Source: the human T2T-CHM13v2.0 reference genome, Homo sapiens. Taken from it: a DNA stretch of 64,000 nucleotides. Positions 1 to 14,109 of the stretch are shown piece after piece. The stretch is from the NCBI RefSeq assembly GCF_009914755.1, contig NC_060930.1. One strand, written 5' to 3'. Made by a program: the position numbers and the translations under genes. Position 1 is the first letter of the stretch. Each line of letters starts with the position of its first letter. The notes below the pieces were generated by a model. It saw only the letters and a list, made by a program, of their open reading frames with translations, was not told where the DNA came from and searched no databases.

Positions 1-645
1 TCTGAATTTCTGTAATAGCATCCTGACTGGTCTTTTGTGAACACTGATTGTCCCCTAAACTTTGTTTTCAAAGCATCAGCTGGAGCAATCTTTGTAAAAG
101 TTAAATCATAGTATGCCATTCCTCTCCTTAAAGGTTTGCAACAGCTTCTTGTGCCACTTGGAGTAAAACTCAAATTTCTTAAAGATGGCTTGAAATGTCC
201 TAAGTGTTCTGGTCCCTCACTGCCTGTCTGGGATCCTCATCTACTCCTTGCTGTTCCTGATCCAACTACATCAGCGACCTTACTGATCTTTGGGATTCCC
301 ACTCACATTCTCACCTCAGGGAATTTACACTAGCTATGCCCTTTAGTTACCACACCTCTCACATATCTGAATAGCTGATTCCCTCAGTATCTTCAGATCT
401 TTGCTGAAATATAAAATTTAAATTCTTCCCTCATCACCTTTTTAAATATTACAACATGACCCTGATCCCTCTCACCCTGATCTACGTTTGCTAATTTATT
501 ATGGTTATTGTTACTGTGCCTCTCCCTACTAGAATGAAGGCACCAGGAGGAGAGGGATCTCACACAATTTGTTCACTGACGTGTCCTAAGAACCTAGAAA
601 GACACCAGAACATAGTTGGACTCTGAATAATATGTGCTACATGAA
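1..645 (+). mobile_element. LINE-2 (L2) 3' fragment
   Basis: Degenerate L2 3' motifs (…cagctggagcaatctttgtaaaag…aaactcaaatttctt…ctagaatgaagg…gttcactgacgtgtcc…). Confidence 0.7.
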
Positions 646-694
646 GGTCTTTTTCCCCCTCCTACTAATCTTGCATCATACAGATATATTCTTC

Positions 695-1378
695 TTAATA
701 ATGCCAGTGATCTTTCAAAGCATCATAGAACCACACTATCTCCTTTATTTAAAACCTTTTAGTGACATCCCATCACCTTTAAAGTGAAACTAACTTCCCT
801 AGCCTGAGGAGCAAGGCCCTTCATACTTTATACCCAGGCTCTCTAATCTTTCACAATTCCCATCTCACATTCTGAATTCTAGCCATGATAAATTGCTCGC
901 ATTTTGCCAAATATGCTATGTTTTCTCACAACTCTCTGTCCCTGCCCTTAGGTAGGGTGGCTATATAATTTATCGTCTCAACCAGGATACTTCTGAGAGT
1001 TAAAGTGGGTGTTATTAATAATTGCACCAGAACATCAGGCACAAAGTAGGACGTTCTCAGACAAACAGGGATGAATGGTCAGGTATGTTACCCTCAGGCT
1101 TTCTGCCTGAAATGTCCTTCCCAAGTTCTTCGCCTGATACTGGCAAAACATCTTTCATGTTTTCAGCTTCTATATCACATCCTTAAATAAGCCTTTTCAG
1201 ATCTCTGATTCACATCAGACATCCTTCATTCATACCTGATAATACCAATCACTTCTTTTACCATAATTACCATTTACTTATCTGGGGGCCCATACGAGTG
1301 TACATGTGCTTCTTAAAGGCAAGGAGCTTCAATCCCTGGCACTAGACACAGAGTATACCAAATAATAGATAATATATT
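695..1378 (+). mobile_element. L2 3' fragment interrupted by MER81
   Basis: gccagtgatctttcaaag…aaaaccttttagtgacatcccatcacc…caaggccct, L2-like. Confidence 0.6.
953..1094 (-). mobile_element. MER81 (hAT-Blackjack MITE)
   Basis: Termini tagggtgg…ttaccct; internal atataatttatcgtc…ttattaataattgcacc match reverse complement of MER81. Confidence 0.75.
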
Positions 1379-1384
1379 GTGAGA

Positions 1385-1567
1385 GTGTAAGGTTCGGAGT
1401 TGAGTTTATGGGCTGTGGTGCCAGACTAATGAGTTTAAATTTGGGATTTTCCGAATTTTAGCTGGGTGTCCTTGAGCAATTAAATAGTCTGCCCGTAGAA
1501 TGGTTGTGGAAACCAAATGAGATAATACCATAATGAATAAGCATAATGTAAGAACTCAGTAAACCTT
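1385..1567 (+). mobile_element. MIR
   Basis: ccagactaatgagtttaaat…gctgggtgtccttgagcaa…aaatgagataat. Confidence 0.6.
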
Positions 1568-1699
1568 AAATACTTCAGCAGTAATTCAATAACAATTCAC
1601 TGAATAAATAACTTTTCTACCAAAAATATTAACCATATAAATATTATAATTAATATTCTCACTGGAATCTTAGATAGAACACCTATGCACATAATATTT

Positions 1700-1870
1700 C
1701 AACTGATCACTCCCTCAAGAAAACTGCTAGGAAGAACTAGCTCATACATTATAGTATTTTCTATTCATAGTGAGAAAGCTCATTCAAAGCATTAAATGAC
1801 TTGCACAGAAATTGAGAGAATTGGGAGTTAGTATCCAAATTAACTGTAACACAATCTTGTGTCTTCACCC
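1700..1870 (-). mobile_element. MIR
   Basis: tgagaaagct…attaaatgacttgcaca, reverse MIR core. Confidence 0.45.
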
Positions 1871-2244
1871 TTCATCCATGTGCTCTCTCGGCCTAAAATA
1901 TTCCTCCCTTTTCCCCCAGCCAATCTTCACAATTTAGGATGAGATTTCACCTCATCCAGGAACTTTTTCTAGTTTTGCTCTTGCCTCCTCCCAGCCAGGC
2001 AAGGTGCCCCTCTCCTGGGCAGCGCTGTGCTGGACTTTGCTATCTGAGCTGTTTTGCCATCTAGGCCAGGAATTGTGTCTTTTTTGTTTTTCTCAGAATC
2101 TGTCTCTAGGAGCTAGCTGCTATGCTTGATATTTAGTAGTCGCTTTACTAAACCTGACTCTAAATCTAGTTATAATTTCAATATTCCAAGTGGCTGCTGA
2201 AAATTGGCCTTAGAAATTTTTGCTACAAAATGAACATGTGCATG

Positions 2245-2280
2245 CACACACACACACACTCACACACACACACATGCACA
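2245..2280. repeat. (CA)n microsatellite, interrupted
   Basis: Direct reading. Confidence 0.95.
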
Positions 2281-3951
2281 AAAAACTGCATGTTAAACAG
2301 AAAATGAGATGTTAATTGGAAATACTGATTTGAAAAATAATACTGGCATTTATTAAATATTTGTTCTGCGCCCAGCACTCTGCTAAGAACATCATACATG
2401 TTTTTGTTGTTGTAGTTGATTTTCCATTTTTGACTTACAGTAACCCTATGGACAAAGTATGGCCTTCCACCTTATAATTATACTATCATTCTCATTCTAC
2501 ACATGAAGAAAACATATTTACACCATTCTTCATGTTTTGTTTGTTGCAAAACTTTAGGTCTAGATAGAAGAAAATATTTAAAAAGAAAAGATGTAATTCT
2601 AACATATATCCACTTATCTTAGAAAAATTATCAGATGATACATTAGTAGTGGGGGTAGGGAGAAGTTTTAGAATGAAATTCATGACTGTGCCATTTCTAT
2701 TTTCTCATATACATAAGGAAAGTCTTTATGTTCTACAAACACATTACAAAAGAAATATCTCCTCAAATTATTATGTAGAGATGGTTCATTCATATACTTT
2801 TGCTCTCAAAAATCATCTTTTATTATAGAGTCCCCTAATGAATATCTGATTTTTCTTTTCAAGACATTTATTTGATTCTTCCAGGATTCTTAGTTTATTC
2901 TTCAAAATCATATATTTTCTACTAAAACTTTTAGAAGTTAATTTAGGTTTTCCTTTATATTTTGCAATATAAAACATCTGATTTACTAAAATTAAGTGTA
3001 TTATTTACTACATATTGTTTATTTTTATAAACATTTCAGAGTGGTACACCTAATACTTTTCCTATGCGCACCTATACATCTATTTGTAAGATTTTATGTA
3101 ATGTGTATATGTGTAAAAATACCATTAACATTTTTTCTCTGAGATCACATAGAGTATTTGAATCTGTTTAGATAGTGACATATGGGCTGCTGACATACGA
3201 CAATGGATACAGAAGTATATGGTAATAGCCTTTGCTGACTTCCATGACTATACTCAGTAGAAATAACTAAAATTTATTGCATTACAGTGAGTTAAAAATG
3301 ATACTAGCATTTAGTTTGGATTTGACATCTTATTGCCCTTTTTATATGGATTCGTATTAACTTTAAGACTCTTCCTAGAGCAGCAAATCAGCCCCATAAT
3401 TTCCTCCTTGGTGCTTTGCAATGGCTCTTGAGCTTTTTTCCCCTCATCAATATTGCAAGTAAGTTTGTGCTTCCAGGAAAGAAGAAAATTAAACTGTAGC
3501 ATCACGATGGCCTCTGTTTCTCTTTCTCCAGCCTTATAGTTCTTATATCCCAACAGTTTGACCTTTCAGTGATTTTAGAATACATAATTTAATTTGCACA
3601 ATCCACAGCAATTTCATGACTTTGGAAATCCTTCAGAATTCAAGACTAACACTGCTCCTATCATTGTTGCTGTGGCAGGAACTGCTGACTATTAGAAAAT
3701 GAAAACAACAAATGAAGAGGGATTCTTTTGTTCCAAAATTTGAGAAGAGTAAGAAAGAAAATCTGTTTCTATTGCTTTATGATTCTTATCATGGTTTATG
3801 TGTAAATTTGTTAGAAAATGATTAGATAATTTAGAAATGACTTATTTTAACATCTACAGATGTCAGTTAGCAGACATGTTATAAGAAACTTCACAAAGAC
3901 ACAAATAGGAATTACGTAAAAGTTAATGAAACATAAAAAGTACGTTTGTTC

Positions 3952-4335
<384 letters not shown>

Positions 4336-4342
4336 TTAATCA

Positions 4343-4638
4343 GGCCAGGTGCAGTGGCTTATGCCTGTAATCCCAACACTTTGGGAGGCCAAGGTGGGCA
4401 GATCACCTGAGGTCAGGAGTTCCAGACCAGACTGGCCAACGTGGTGAAAACCCATCTCTACTAAAAATACAAAAATTAGCCGGGCATGTTGGTGCATGCC
4501 TGTAATCCCAGCTACTCGGGAGATGGAGGCAGGAAAACACTTGAACTTGAGAGGCGGAGGTTGCAGTGAGCCTATATCCGCCACTGCACTGCAGCCTGGG
4601 CTACAGAGTGAGCCCTCGCCTCAAAGAAAAAAAAAGAA
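4343..4638 (+). mobile_element. AluS (Sx/Sz-like)
   Basis: Full dimer, gatcacctgaggtcaggagt; TSD agaaaagacttaatca on both sides. Confidence 0.95.
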
Positions 4639-7052
4639 AGAAAAGACTTAATCATTGGTCACTGTTTAGTAAATAGGTAGTTTTGCTTTACTGATTATTA
4701 TTTCTTACTTGGGAAAGGGATGTGTTTAAAGGTCCCATCTTCTACTCTCTACATTTCAGGGTGGAATAATTACACAAGCATAGTTAAATGTATGCAAAAT
4801 GCCAAATCCCTATAAAATAAGAGTTATTGTCTTTTTATTTGACAGTAGTAATGAAACTGACATACTAAAACTGAATTTTTAACTGTGTCTGCACATGCTA
4901 CTCGTTCAAGTGGATTACTTTCACTCGTATATCAAAGTAAACAATTGTTTGATTCCACTAACTGGCTTTTAAACTGTCTTTATAAAAATCGGCCAGTGAG
5001 ATTATTGAAATGTGCAACTGCTGAGATAACCTGGTGAAACAATTTTTACGGTGATATTATGCAGTCTGATATCATATTATGTAATAAATTCAGTAGATGA
5101 ACTGGAATTTAATAGTTATTTCTACAACAATTTTAAAAATGAAATGAAAGATGGATTGATCTAACCAGAAAATAACAACTATAGAGAAAAAAATTATGAG
5201 TTTATTCTTATGAGATGTAGCCTGCACTAAAGTGGAAGTTTCAAATATTTTGTCCATTCATTTATTTTATAAACTAAGTATTATGTTTTAATGAATTCAT
5301 ATCAATTTTATTTTTATTGTATTGGAAATAATTTATTAATATCTACAGAATCATTTATTTAATAAAATAACTCAATTTTATGACCAATCTATAATACAGA
5401 AGAAAGTGGAATCTTATGGCTGAAAGGGGAACTTTAAGGGACCCCACATTATAAGTTTCTTCATTTCTAGGCACAACTGAAGAAAACTATAAAACTCAAA
5501 ATTTTAAAACCACTACGTGTGTTAATGTTATTGATCACTACCATAATCACTGACATTTTAATTTTGACAGGACAAAGATGATTCAGTATCTTAGTCTTCT
5601 CTTGACCCTCATGATATTTTATATAGGTCCTTTCTTTCCAATAAAATATGTTAAAATAGTTGCTAGCTTAAAAATGTTTCATAAACATTCAAACTATAAG
5701 CAAAGTTTTTATGGGAACTCAATACAAAAAATTCCCTTCTCTGTTCCTTATAGATAATGGATTCATCAATACAGTTAATTCGCATAAAAAAATTACCTTT
5801 CTGAAACACAATGTTGTGATTGGCATAAGTTTCAATATAATGCAAGTCAATAACTAATTGGCATATATAGAAATATTTCATAGCATATTTTCTTGACACA
5901 CCTAAGTGAATTAACTCTATAAATATTAAATGTTTACTTTTGATATCTCATTAATCATAAAGAAATTTTATTATTACTATCAACATTTGATTTAATAGAC
6001 CTGGAAATTTTAAACTTAGGATACTTCAAATGTCAAAAACAAAGATATTTCTGAGACTAAATTTGAATTTATAATTTAAATCTTTCTAATTGCATGTTCA
6101 CATCATGTTTTTGCAAGATAAAATCTTTCCTTTTGAGAAAGTAAGCTCTATTCTGGGGGACTGTCAATACTTTAAGGAAAGAAAAGAAAATGTAGTAGGC
6201 TAAGAGAAAAGAAAAAGAAGGCTTTCAATTCTGGGAACGAATGGAGGGCAGGAGCGAAAAAAAGAGAAGAAAGAATGAGAAAACATGAATGATCGAGAAG
6301 TTTTTCTTGCCTCAGATTCCATGTAGCACAATCTACTAAGACAGTGTTCAAACATTCTTGAAGCATATAAAGAGTACTCCACATGAGCATCAGTTTTATG
6401 TGAAAAATAAAAATTTTTAAATAGTTAAAAGATATATATTTTTTCCATTAGAAATATATATTTTTATCAGAAAAAAATGTTTAATAACCCACATATTAAA
6501 TATACAGGAGCTGAAGTGAAGTAGAAGATACTTCTTGGACTGAAATACAGGAAATAAACCTTGAAAACTGAAAGTAAAATTATTAATTTCCTTAAAAAAT
6601 AATGGAAATGCATATTAATAGGTATTGGTGGATCATTATTTAAGCATTAATTAAATTCTTTAATCTTGTGCCTAGAAATGTAAATTTAGTTCTTGAAAAG
6701 CCTTCAGGATTTGGAAACTTAACTGACTGTATACATTTTTCTTAGCTATTATAAAATTCAGATTTGCTGCACATTGTAAAATTCTAAAAATAAATTTAAA
6801 AGTTTCTTCTTACTTTTCTTCTTTCTGGTTCAATCTTAATTTTTTTTCCAAAAATGTTTTGTTACTTACACACACAGACATATGTGTGCATGTACATGTA
6901 TATATATATTTTACCATATTAATATTATAAGCTTCTGTATATTAAAAACACCATTAAATAGCAGGCAAAAAATACAACTTTGGAGAAGATATTTCAATGC
7001 ATATAATCGAAAAATAATTGTAGTATATATTATACAATAACGTTGTGTACAT

Positions 7053-7487
7053 TGCTTTGGTTTGAATGTGTCCCATAGAAAATTCAAACATTGCCAATAT
7101 GATAGTATTAAGAGGTAGAGCATTTAAGAGGTGATAAGGTCTTGAGTGTGCTTTTCTGATGACTGGGATCAAGGCTCCTATAAAGGGCCTTCTTCACACA
7201 GTATTTGTTCTTCTGCCTTCTGCCATGTGAGGACATGGGATTCCTGTGTTGTGTGGCCTTCTCCCTTCCACCATGTGAGGACACAGGATTCCCATGTCTT
7301 GATGCCTGATGCAACATCAAAGCCCCATCTTGGAAAAAGAAAGCAGTGCTCACCAGAAAACCTAACCTGCTGGTGCCTTGACCTTGGACTTTCCAGCCCC
7401 CAGAACTCTGATGAAATACAATTTCTGTTCTTTATAAATTACTCAGTCTACCATATTTTGTTACAGCAGCACAAATGGACTAAAACA
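7053..7487 (+). mobile_element. MaLR solo LTR, MLT1A-type
   Basis: tgctttggtttgaatgtgtccc…ttacagcagcacaaatggactaaaaca; 5-bp TSD tacat. Confidence 0.85.
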
Positions 7488-7499
7488 TACATGAAAAGC

Positions 7500-8120
7500 A
7501 GAAAGACAATTGACATAAGATAGACAATGGCAAAAATATAGACATTTCCCTGAAAAAAATGCAATAATATTTAATAAATACATTAAAAATGTCAACCTAG
7601 TCAGTAATTAGGGATTTGTTAAATAAAACCTTAATGAAAAAAATTCAAACCACCACAGCTGGCAGCGATAATTTTGTCAGATAATATTAGCATCTGTGAA
7701 GAAATGTAACAGCGTAGACCCTAATACACTGCTAATGAAAAATCAACTGATACAACTACTATGGACTGCAAGTTGATAAGTATTATGTAAAACTAAATAT
7801 GCACATCCCAACTATCAACACTTCCACAACTAGGTAGATATTTTTACTAGATACTTTTAAACAAGTGTATAAGAAGCCCCAGAAAATAATACATAGTCAT
7901 AGGTTATAAAAATATTTATCGTTCATAACAAGTCCAAAGATAAACAAAAGGTAATAAAACAATCTACAAACAAGAGAATGGAAAAAGCATATGTCATTTA
8001 TAATAGAAAGCTTTATACTTGAGTAAACAACAATGAAGAACAGCTTTGTGTATCACCATGAATGAAGCTTAGAGAACAATACAATGAAACAACTGAATTG
8101 ATACCACATATACAAAGCTC
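7500..8120 (+). mobile_element. Old L1 (L1ME-type) 3' fragment
   Basis: Degenerate ORF2 end/3'UTR motifs (atggcaaaaatatagacatttc…cagtaattagggatttg…tacaactactatgga). Confidence 0.55.
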
Positions 8121-8133
8121 AAAAAGTACTTAG

Positions 8134-8430
8134 GGCCGGGCGCGGTGGCTCACGCCTGTAATCCCAGCACTTTGGGAGGCCGAGGCGGGCGGATCACGAG
8201 GTCAGGAGATCGAGACCATCCTGGCTAACACGGTGAAACCCCGTCTCTACTAAAAATACAAAAAATTAGCCGGGCGAGGTGGCGGGCGCCTGTAGTCCCA
8301 GCTACTCGGGAGGCTGAGGCAGGAGAATGGCGTGAACCCCAGGGGGCGGAGCCTGCAGTGAGCCGAGATCGCGCCACTGCACTCCAGCCTGGGCGACAGC
8401 GAGACTCCGTCTCAAAAAAAAAAAAAAAAA
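8134..8430 (+). mobile_element. AluYe5-like young Alu
   Basis: CpGs intact; Ye diagnostics gggcgAggtgg, gaacccc.ggggg, gagcCtgcag, gacagcgagac; perfect TSD aaaaagtacttag. Confidence 0.9.
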
Positions 8431-8443
8431 AAAAAGTACTTAG

Positions 8444-8990
8444 AACTAACATTCAACTCCAAAAATCCCATTACTAGGAAAAAACCCAATGGAAAATAAA
8501 TCATTCTGTCAAAAAGACATACACACTTGTATGTTTACTGCAGCACTATTCACAATAGCAAAGACGTGGAATCAACTTAGGTGCCCATAAACGGTGAATT
8601 AGATAAATAATATGTGGTACATAAACACCACGGAATACTACACAGCCATACAAAAGAATGAAATCATATGCTTTGCAGCAACATAGATGCAGCTGGATAT
8701 TATCCTAAGCAAATTAAATCAGGAACAGAAGACCAAATACCACATGTTCTCACTTGGAGTAGAAACCAAATATTGGGAACAAATGGTAATAAAAGTGGAA
8801 ATAATAGATATGTGAGACTAGTAGAGGGAAGAAAGAGAGGGGGGACAAGGGATGAAAAACTACCTGTTGGGTACTATGCTTACTACCTGGGAGACTGGAT
8901 CATCATTAGTACCCTAAACCTCAGTGTCACCCAATCTTACCATGTAACAAACCTCCAGATGTACCTTCTGAACCTAAAATAGAAGCTGAG
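8444..8990 (+). mobile_element. L1PA15/16-type 3' end
   Basis: cagcactattcacaatagcaaagac…aaaactacctgttgggtactatgct…catgtaacaaacct. Confidence 0.85.
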
Positions 8991-9251
8991 CTTTCTTTTT
9001 TCATTTTTTTTTTCTTTTTTAAGAATGTTTAGAAGAAGAGAGGGGTGCTCCTCATATTGAAGTTCTCTTGTTTCACTGGAGGGCACAATATGGAGGTTAC
9101 AATCATTGGCTACAGATTGTAACATATAGGCTAAAATGTCTATAGGTAAGACAATCAGTAAAACTTCGTGATTCAGAAACAAATCAGCGTCTTTCTCAAT
9201 ATTAGCTGTTTATGCATGAATCAGTATATACGCAATTTGAGGAACTCAGAA

Positions 9252-9406
9252 TTTTTTTTTTTTTTTTGAGAGATGGAGTCTCGCTCTGTCACCTAGGTTG
9301 GAGTGCAGTGGCGCGATCCTGGCTCACTGCAACCTTGCAACCTCCATCACCCGGGTTCAAGCCATTCTCCTGCCTCATCCTCCTGAGTAGCTGGGACTAC
9401 AGGCAT
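9252..9406 (-). mobile_element. 5'-truncated Alu (right monomer only)
   Basis: Poly-T, then gagtctcgctctgtcacc…gctgggactacaggc; small internal duplication tgcaacct x2. Confidence 0.9.
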
Positions 9407-10129
9407 GTAGAAAATATTTTTTATCCTAAGGTTTTCTTCACCCTAAGGAAAGGATGTCATTATGAATCACACCACCTCCCAAGACAGGTTAATTTGGAAG
9501 CCTGTTTACTTTTAAATTGCCAAAAGTAACCTAAAGGTTAGTTTTACAAATGTTAATAGGGTTGGCTTTACTGTATCAACAAACAGAAACCAAGACTTAA
9601 TGACAAGTATGAGTATCTCCAGAAGGGTTAGGGTAAATTAGTGTCAATAGGATTATTTTTAAACTGGAAACAAATAAGTTGATAATTCAACTAAATGAAA
9701 ACACTAGCTATGACCATAAAAGTCACTTAACCTCCCTGAACCCATCTTTCTGCTTATTGAAGTAAAAGCATTATTTCTATTATTTTATTATTCTAAGTTA
9801 AAAACCATGTGATTAAACAACAGAATATATATCTAAAGTTCATAGGTGACTATTCATATAAATTCTTTCTCTTTGTGAAATATGTGTATCTAATTATGAC
9901 TTTCAGGATATTTATTTCAGTTTCTGAATCCAAGGAGGTAGGATTTTTTCTTTTTAATTTCTTTAAGAAGGGCAAATCTTGACTCTGGGCTATACATTAT
10001 TCCAAATAATCATGCTAGATTGAGCAAGATCATTTCACAAGTTAGCCAAACAACATATCATTCTTATTAAGAATCATTGCAATGGCTTTTTCCAAAAAGG
10101 GTATACAACTCTTTCCATGACAGCATATA

Positions 10130-10341
10130 CAAGATAAGCAAACCAAGGCCCAAGGATCAAACCTAGTCTGTTATTAATTATTGTAAATCAAGTTTTATTG
10201 GAACACAGCCATACCCATTTATTTGCATAGTGCCCTTGGCTGTCCTACAGTGGCTATTTGAATAGTAAGGATAGAATCTATCTAAATTGCAAAGGCTAGA
10301 ATATTTGCTATGTGGCTTATTATAGAAAGTGTGCTGACCTG
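10130..10341 (+). mobile_element. MER58A (hAT-Charlie MITE)
   Basis: gtaaatcaagttttattggaacacagccatacccattt…aatatttgctatgtggc…gctgacc. Confidence 0.8.
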
Positions 10342-10342
10342 G

Positions 10343-12472
10343 TATATTAATTAGTCCGTTTTCACACTAATATAAAGATACTACCTGAGAATGGGTAATT
10401 TATAAAGGAAAGAGGTTTAATTGACTCACAGTTCCCCATGGCTGGGGAAGCCTCAGAAAACTTATAATCATGGCCGAAGGTGAAAAGGAATAAGGCACGT
10501 CTTACGTGGTGGCAGGAGAGAGAGAGAGAACACACATAGGTGAAAATTGCCACTTTTAAAACCATCAGATCTCATGAGAGCTCCCTCACTATCATCATAA
10601 CAGGATGAGGGAAACTGTCCCCATGATCCAATCAACTCCCAACAGGTTCCCCCCTTGACATGCAGGGATTATAATTTGAGATAAGATTTGGGTGTGGATA
10701 CAGAGCCAAACTATTTCATTCTGCTCCTGGTCCCTCCAAAATCTCATGTCCTTTTCATATTTCAAAACCAATCATGCCTTCCCAACAGTCCCCTAATGTC
10801 TTAACTCATTCCAGCATTGACTCACAACTCCAAGTCCAAAGGCTCATCTGAGACAAGGCAAGTCCCGTCTGCCTATGAGCCTGTGAAATCAAAAGCAAGT
10901 TAGTTATTTCCAAGATACAATGTGGGTAAAGGCATTTGGTAAATGTTTCTACTTCATATGGGAGAAATTGGCCAAAACAAAGGTGACACAGGCCCCTTGA
11001 AAGTCTGAAACCCAGCTGTGCAGTCATTAAATCTTAGAGCTCCAAAATCTCCTTTGACTCTGTGTCTCATATCCAGGGCAGGCTAATGCAAGGGGTGGGC
11101 TCCCACACCCTCGGGCAGCTCTGCCCCTATGTCTCTGCAGCGTGCAGCCCCTGAAGATGTTTTCATAGGCTGGTGTTGAGTGCCTGTGGCTTTTTCAGGT
11201 GCATGGTGCAAGCTGTTGGTGGATCTACCTTTCTGGGGTCTGGAAGATTGTGGCCTTTTTCTTACAGTTCCACTAGGCAGTGCCCCAGTGGTACTCTGTA
11301 TGAGGGCTCCAACTGCACATTTTCCCTCTGCATTGCTCTAGTAGAGGTTTTCCGTCAGAGCTCCAATGCTGTAGCACTTTTGCCCAGACATACAGGCATT
11401 TCTATGCATCCTCTGAAATCTAGGCATAGGCTCCCCAAGTTCAACTCTTGTCTTCTGTGCACCCCCAGGCAAAACAGCAAGTGGAAGCTGCCAAGGCTTG
11501 GGGCTTGCACCCTCTGTAGCAACAGCCTGAGCTGTATATAGGCACCTTTTAGCCACGGCTGGAGCTGGAGTGGCTGGGACACAGGGTACCAAGACTGGAA
11601 CCTGCACAGAGCAGCAGGGCCCTGGGTCCAGCAAACGAAGCCATTTTTCCCTCGTAAGCTTCTGGGCCTGTGAAGGGAGGAGCTGCCATGTCTGGGCTAT
11701 TAACATTTAGCTCCTCTTTACTTGTGATGCAGATTTCTGCAGCAGGCTTGAATTCCTCCCCCAGAAAATGGGTTTTTCATTTCTACCACATGGTCAGGCT
11801 GCAAATTTTTCAAACCTTTCTGCTCTGCTTCCTTTTTAAACATGTTCACATTTCAAACCATCTCTTTGGGAAGGCATATAACTGAGCACTTTTGGAATAA
11901 GCCAGGTCACATCTTGAATACTTTGCTGCTTAGAAATTTCTTCTGTCAGATACTCTAAATCGTCTCTCTCAAGTTCAAAGTTTCACAGATCTCTAAAGCA
12001 GGGACAAAATGCCACCAATCTCTTTAATAAATCATAGCAAGAGTGATATTTGCTCCGGTTTCCAATAAGTTCCTCATCTCCATCTGAGACCACCTCAGTC
12101 TGTACTTTATTGTCCATATCACTGTTAACATTGTGGTCACAACCATTCCACAAGTCTCTAGGAAGTTCCAAATTTTTCCACATGTTTCTGTCTTTTTCTG
12201 AGCACTCCAAATTGTTAAAGCCTCTGCCTGTTACCCAGTTCCAAAGTCATTTTCCTTATTGTCTTGGCTATTAGCATTCAGCTCCTCTTTACTTATGATG
12301 CAGATTTCTGCAGCAGGCTTGAATTCCTCCCCAGAAAATGGGTTTTTCATTTCTACCACAGGGTCAGGCTGCAAATTTTTCAAACCTTTTCCAGTTGTCT
12401 TTATAGCAGTGCCCCACTCCCAGTACCAATTCTCTGTATTAGTCTGTTTTTACATTGATATAAAGGTACTCC
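10343..12472 (-). mobile_element. THE1D-type MaLR provirus: complete LTR 10343-10718, internal region 10719-12434, 38-bp remnant of second LTR 12435-12472
   Basis: ttagtccgttttcacact…cagagccaaactatttca LTR; THE1-int sequence; ends at PBS-side cagtaccaattctctgtattagtc. Confidence 0.9.
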
Positions 12473-12669
12473 CTAATAAATTAGAATAGGATAAATATGA
12501 ACATTTAGAAGACTGGATTGTTATAAATTGTTTTATTAACATGCATGTGTAGATGGATATTTTCAGGACCTAGAAATGATGGGGGGGAGGGTTATGCAAT
12601 AAGTTAAATTATAATAAAAAATCATTTGGGCACAATTTGAACAAAAATGCTACTATTCACTTATCATTA

Positions 12670-13385
12670 TGTAATGCCTAAGGTTCTTGCCTAGCCACGC
12701 CAAAGAATTTGTGTGGCAGCTGACCGTGGTGAGGGATAGAGACACAGACCGAGAGAGAAAAAGGCTGTAGGCTTTATTGAGCAGATTGAAAGGACAAAGC
12801 TTCCACAGTGTGGAAGGGGTCCCGAGCGGGTAGCCAGAGTTAGATTATGTGACTGCCTTTTAAACTCTTTAAGGCCGGAAATACGTGTGGCGAGATGTTA
12901 CCAGAGCGAGAAACAAAGGCAATTAACCGTTTGTAACATGTCTTAGATCTTGAGGAAAACTGGAATTGCAACTTAGGTTTTATCTACTTTATGAACTTGC
13001 AGCAGCATGGCAAAGGAGACGGGATCTTACAGGACTTTGTTACAAAGTATGTTTTCAAGGAATTGGAATTGGGAGGATAGATAAGGTCCGCTGGTCACAG
13101 AAAAACAGGCAGTTAACGTTCCTTTTACTTTAGTTTCGGGGGAGGCGGAAGAGAAAGAGAGAGAGAGGACACAGGGAAACTTACAGCAAAAGTTTCGATG
13201 TTTATAGCTTTCTTGGGGAAGAAAACACATGCACAGATCCTGGTGTTAGGAATATTTTAAGCATGTATCTTCAATATTATTCATCCAGGACCGAAGTAAG
13301 TCCTGATGCAGGAAATGAGTGACTTTCACAGCTTTCTGAGCCCCTACTCAACCCAGGAAGTCCAGCTGGCACCTCCTCTGGATCA
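12670..13385 (-). mobile_element. ERV1 solo LTR, LTR30-like
   Basis: tgtaatgcctaaggttcttgcctagccacgcc…gctttattgagcag (polyA signal on -)…ggaagtccagctggcacctcctct; about 715 bp. Confidence 0.7.
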
Positions 13386-14109
13386 CAAGGTTTTTTTGTT
13401 TTTTTGTTTGTTTGTTTGTTTGTTTGTTTTATCATATTGGCGTTGTGTTTATTTCCTCTCTACTCTTCTAAGTGCCTGCAGAGTAACAAATGCACATCTA
13501 AATGCTTGTGTTGTGCCTCTTTGCTAGCTTGTACATTGTTCTTTCTTCTTCCCTAACCTCAGCTCCACGGTATTAACCATACATACCTCTGAAATACATC
13601 TGATTGAATATATAATTATTGCAGTGATACAGATTGCATGGTTTCATGTTGATGTAAATGTTCACCCTGACCACCAGTCTAACACATAATCAATGTTTTC
13701 ATTTTACTTAGTAACTGTTATTTTTTCCTATAGAGGACAGGAAAAAAAAAAAAAAACTAAGTTCACTTGCTTTTAAATTCACTGCAGTTTTTTTTACTAC
13801 CCTTAAAAAACAGCCTTCTACCTTTTCAACTTACCCTATTTTGTACCCAAATCAAGCGATATGATTGCAGTTGGATACATGACAGAATACTTAGGCTGAC
13901 TGTAATAAGGATAGGAACATTGTATATAATGTTTTACATAATTATAAGCACTCAGTAACCTTTGGTTCAGTGGATCCAGTGATAATTTCATAACTAGTTA
14001 AACGAAGGAACTACCCTGATTAATTACATAATTCCGCCAATTAAATCAAGCTTGAGTTCTTGACTGGATCAATTTAGCAACATTAAAAACAACAGCAACA
14101 ACAATGCCC

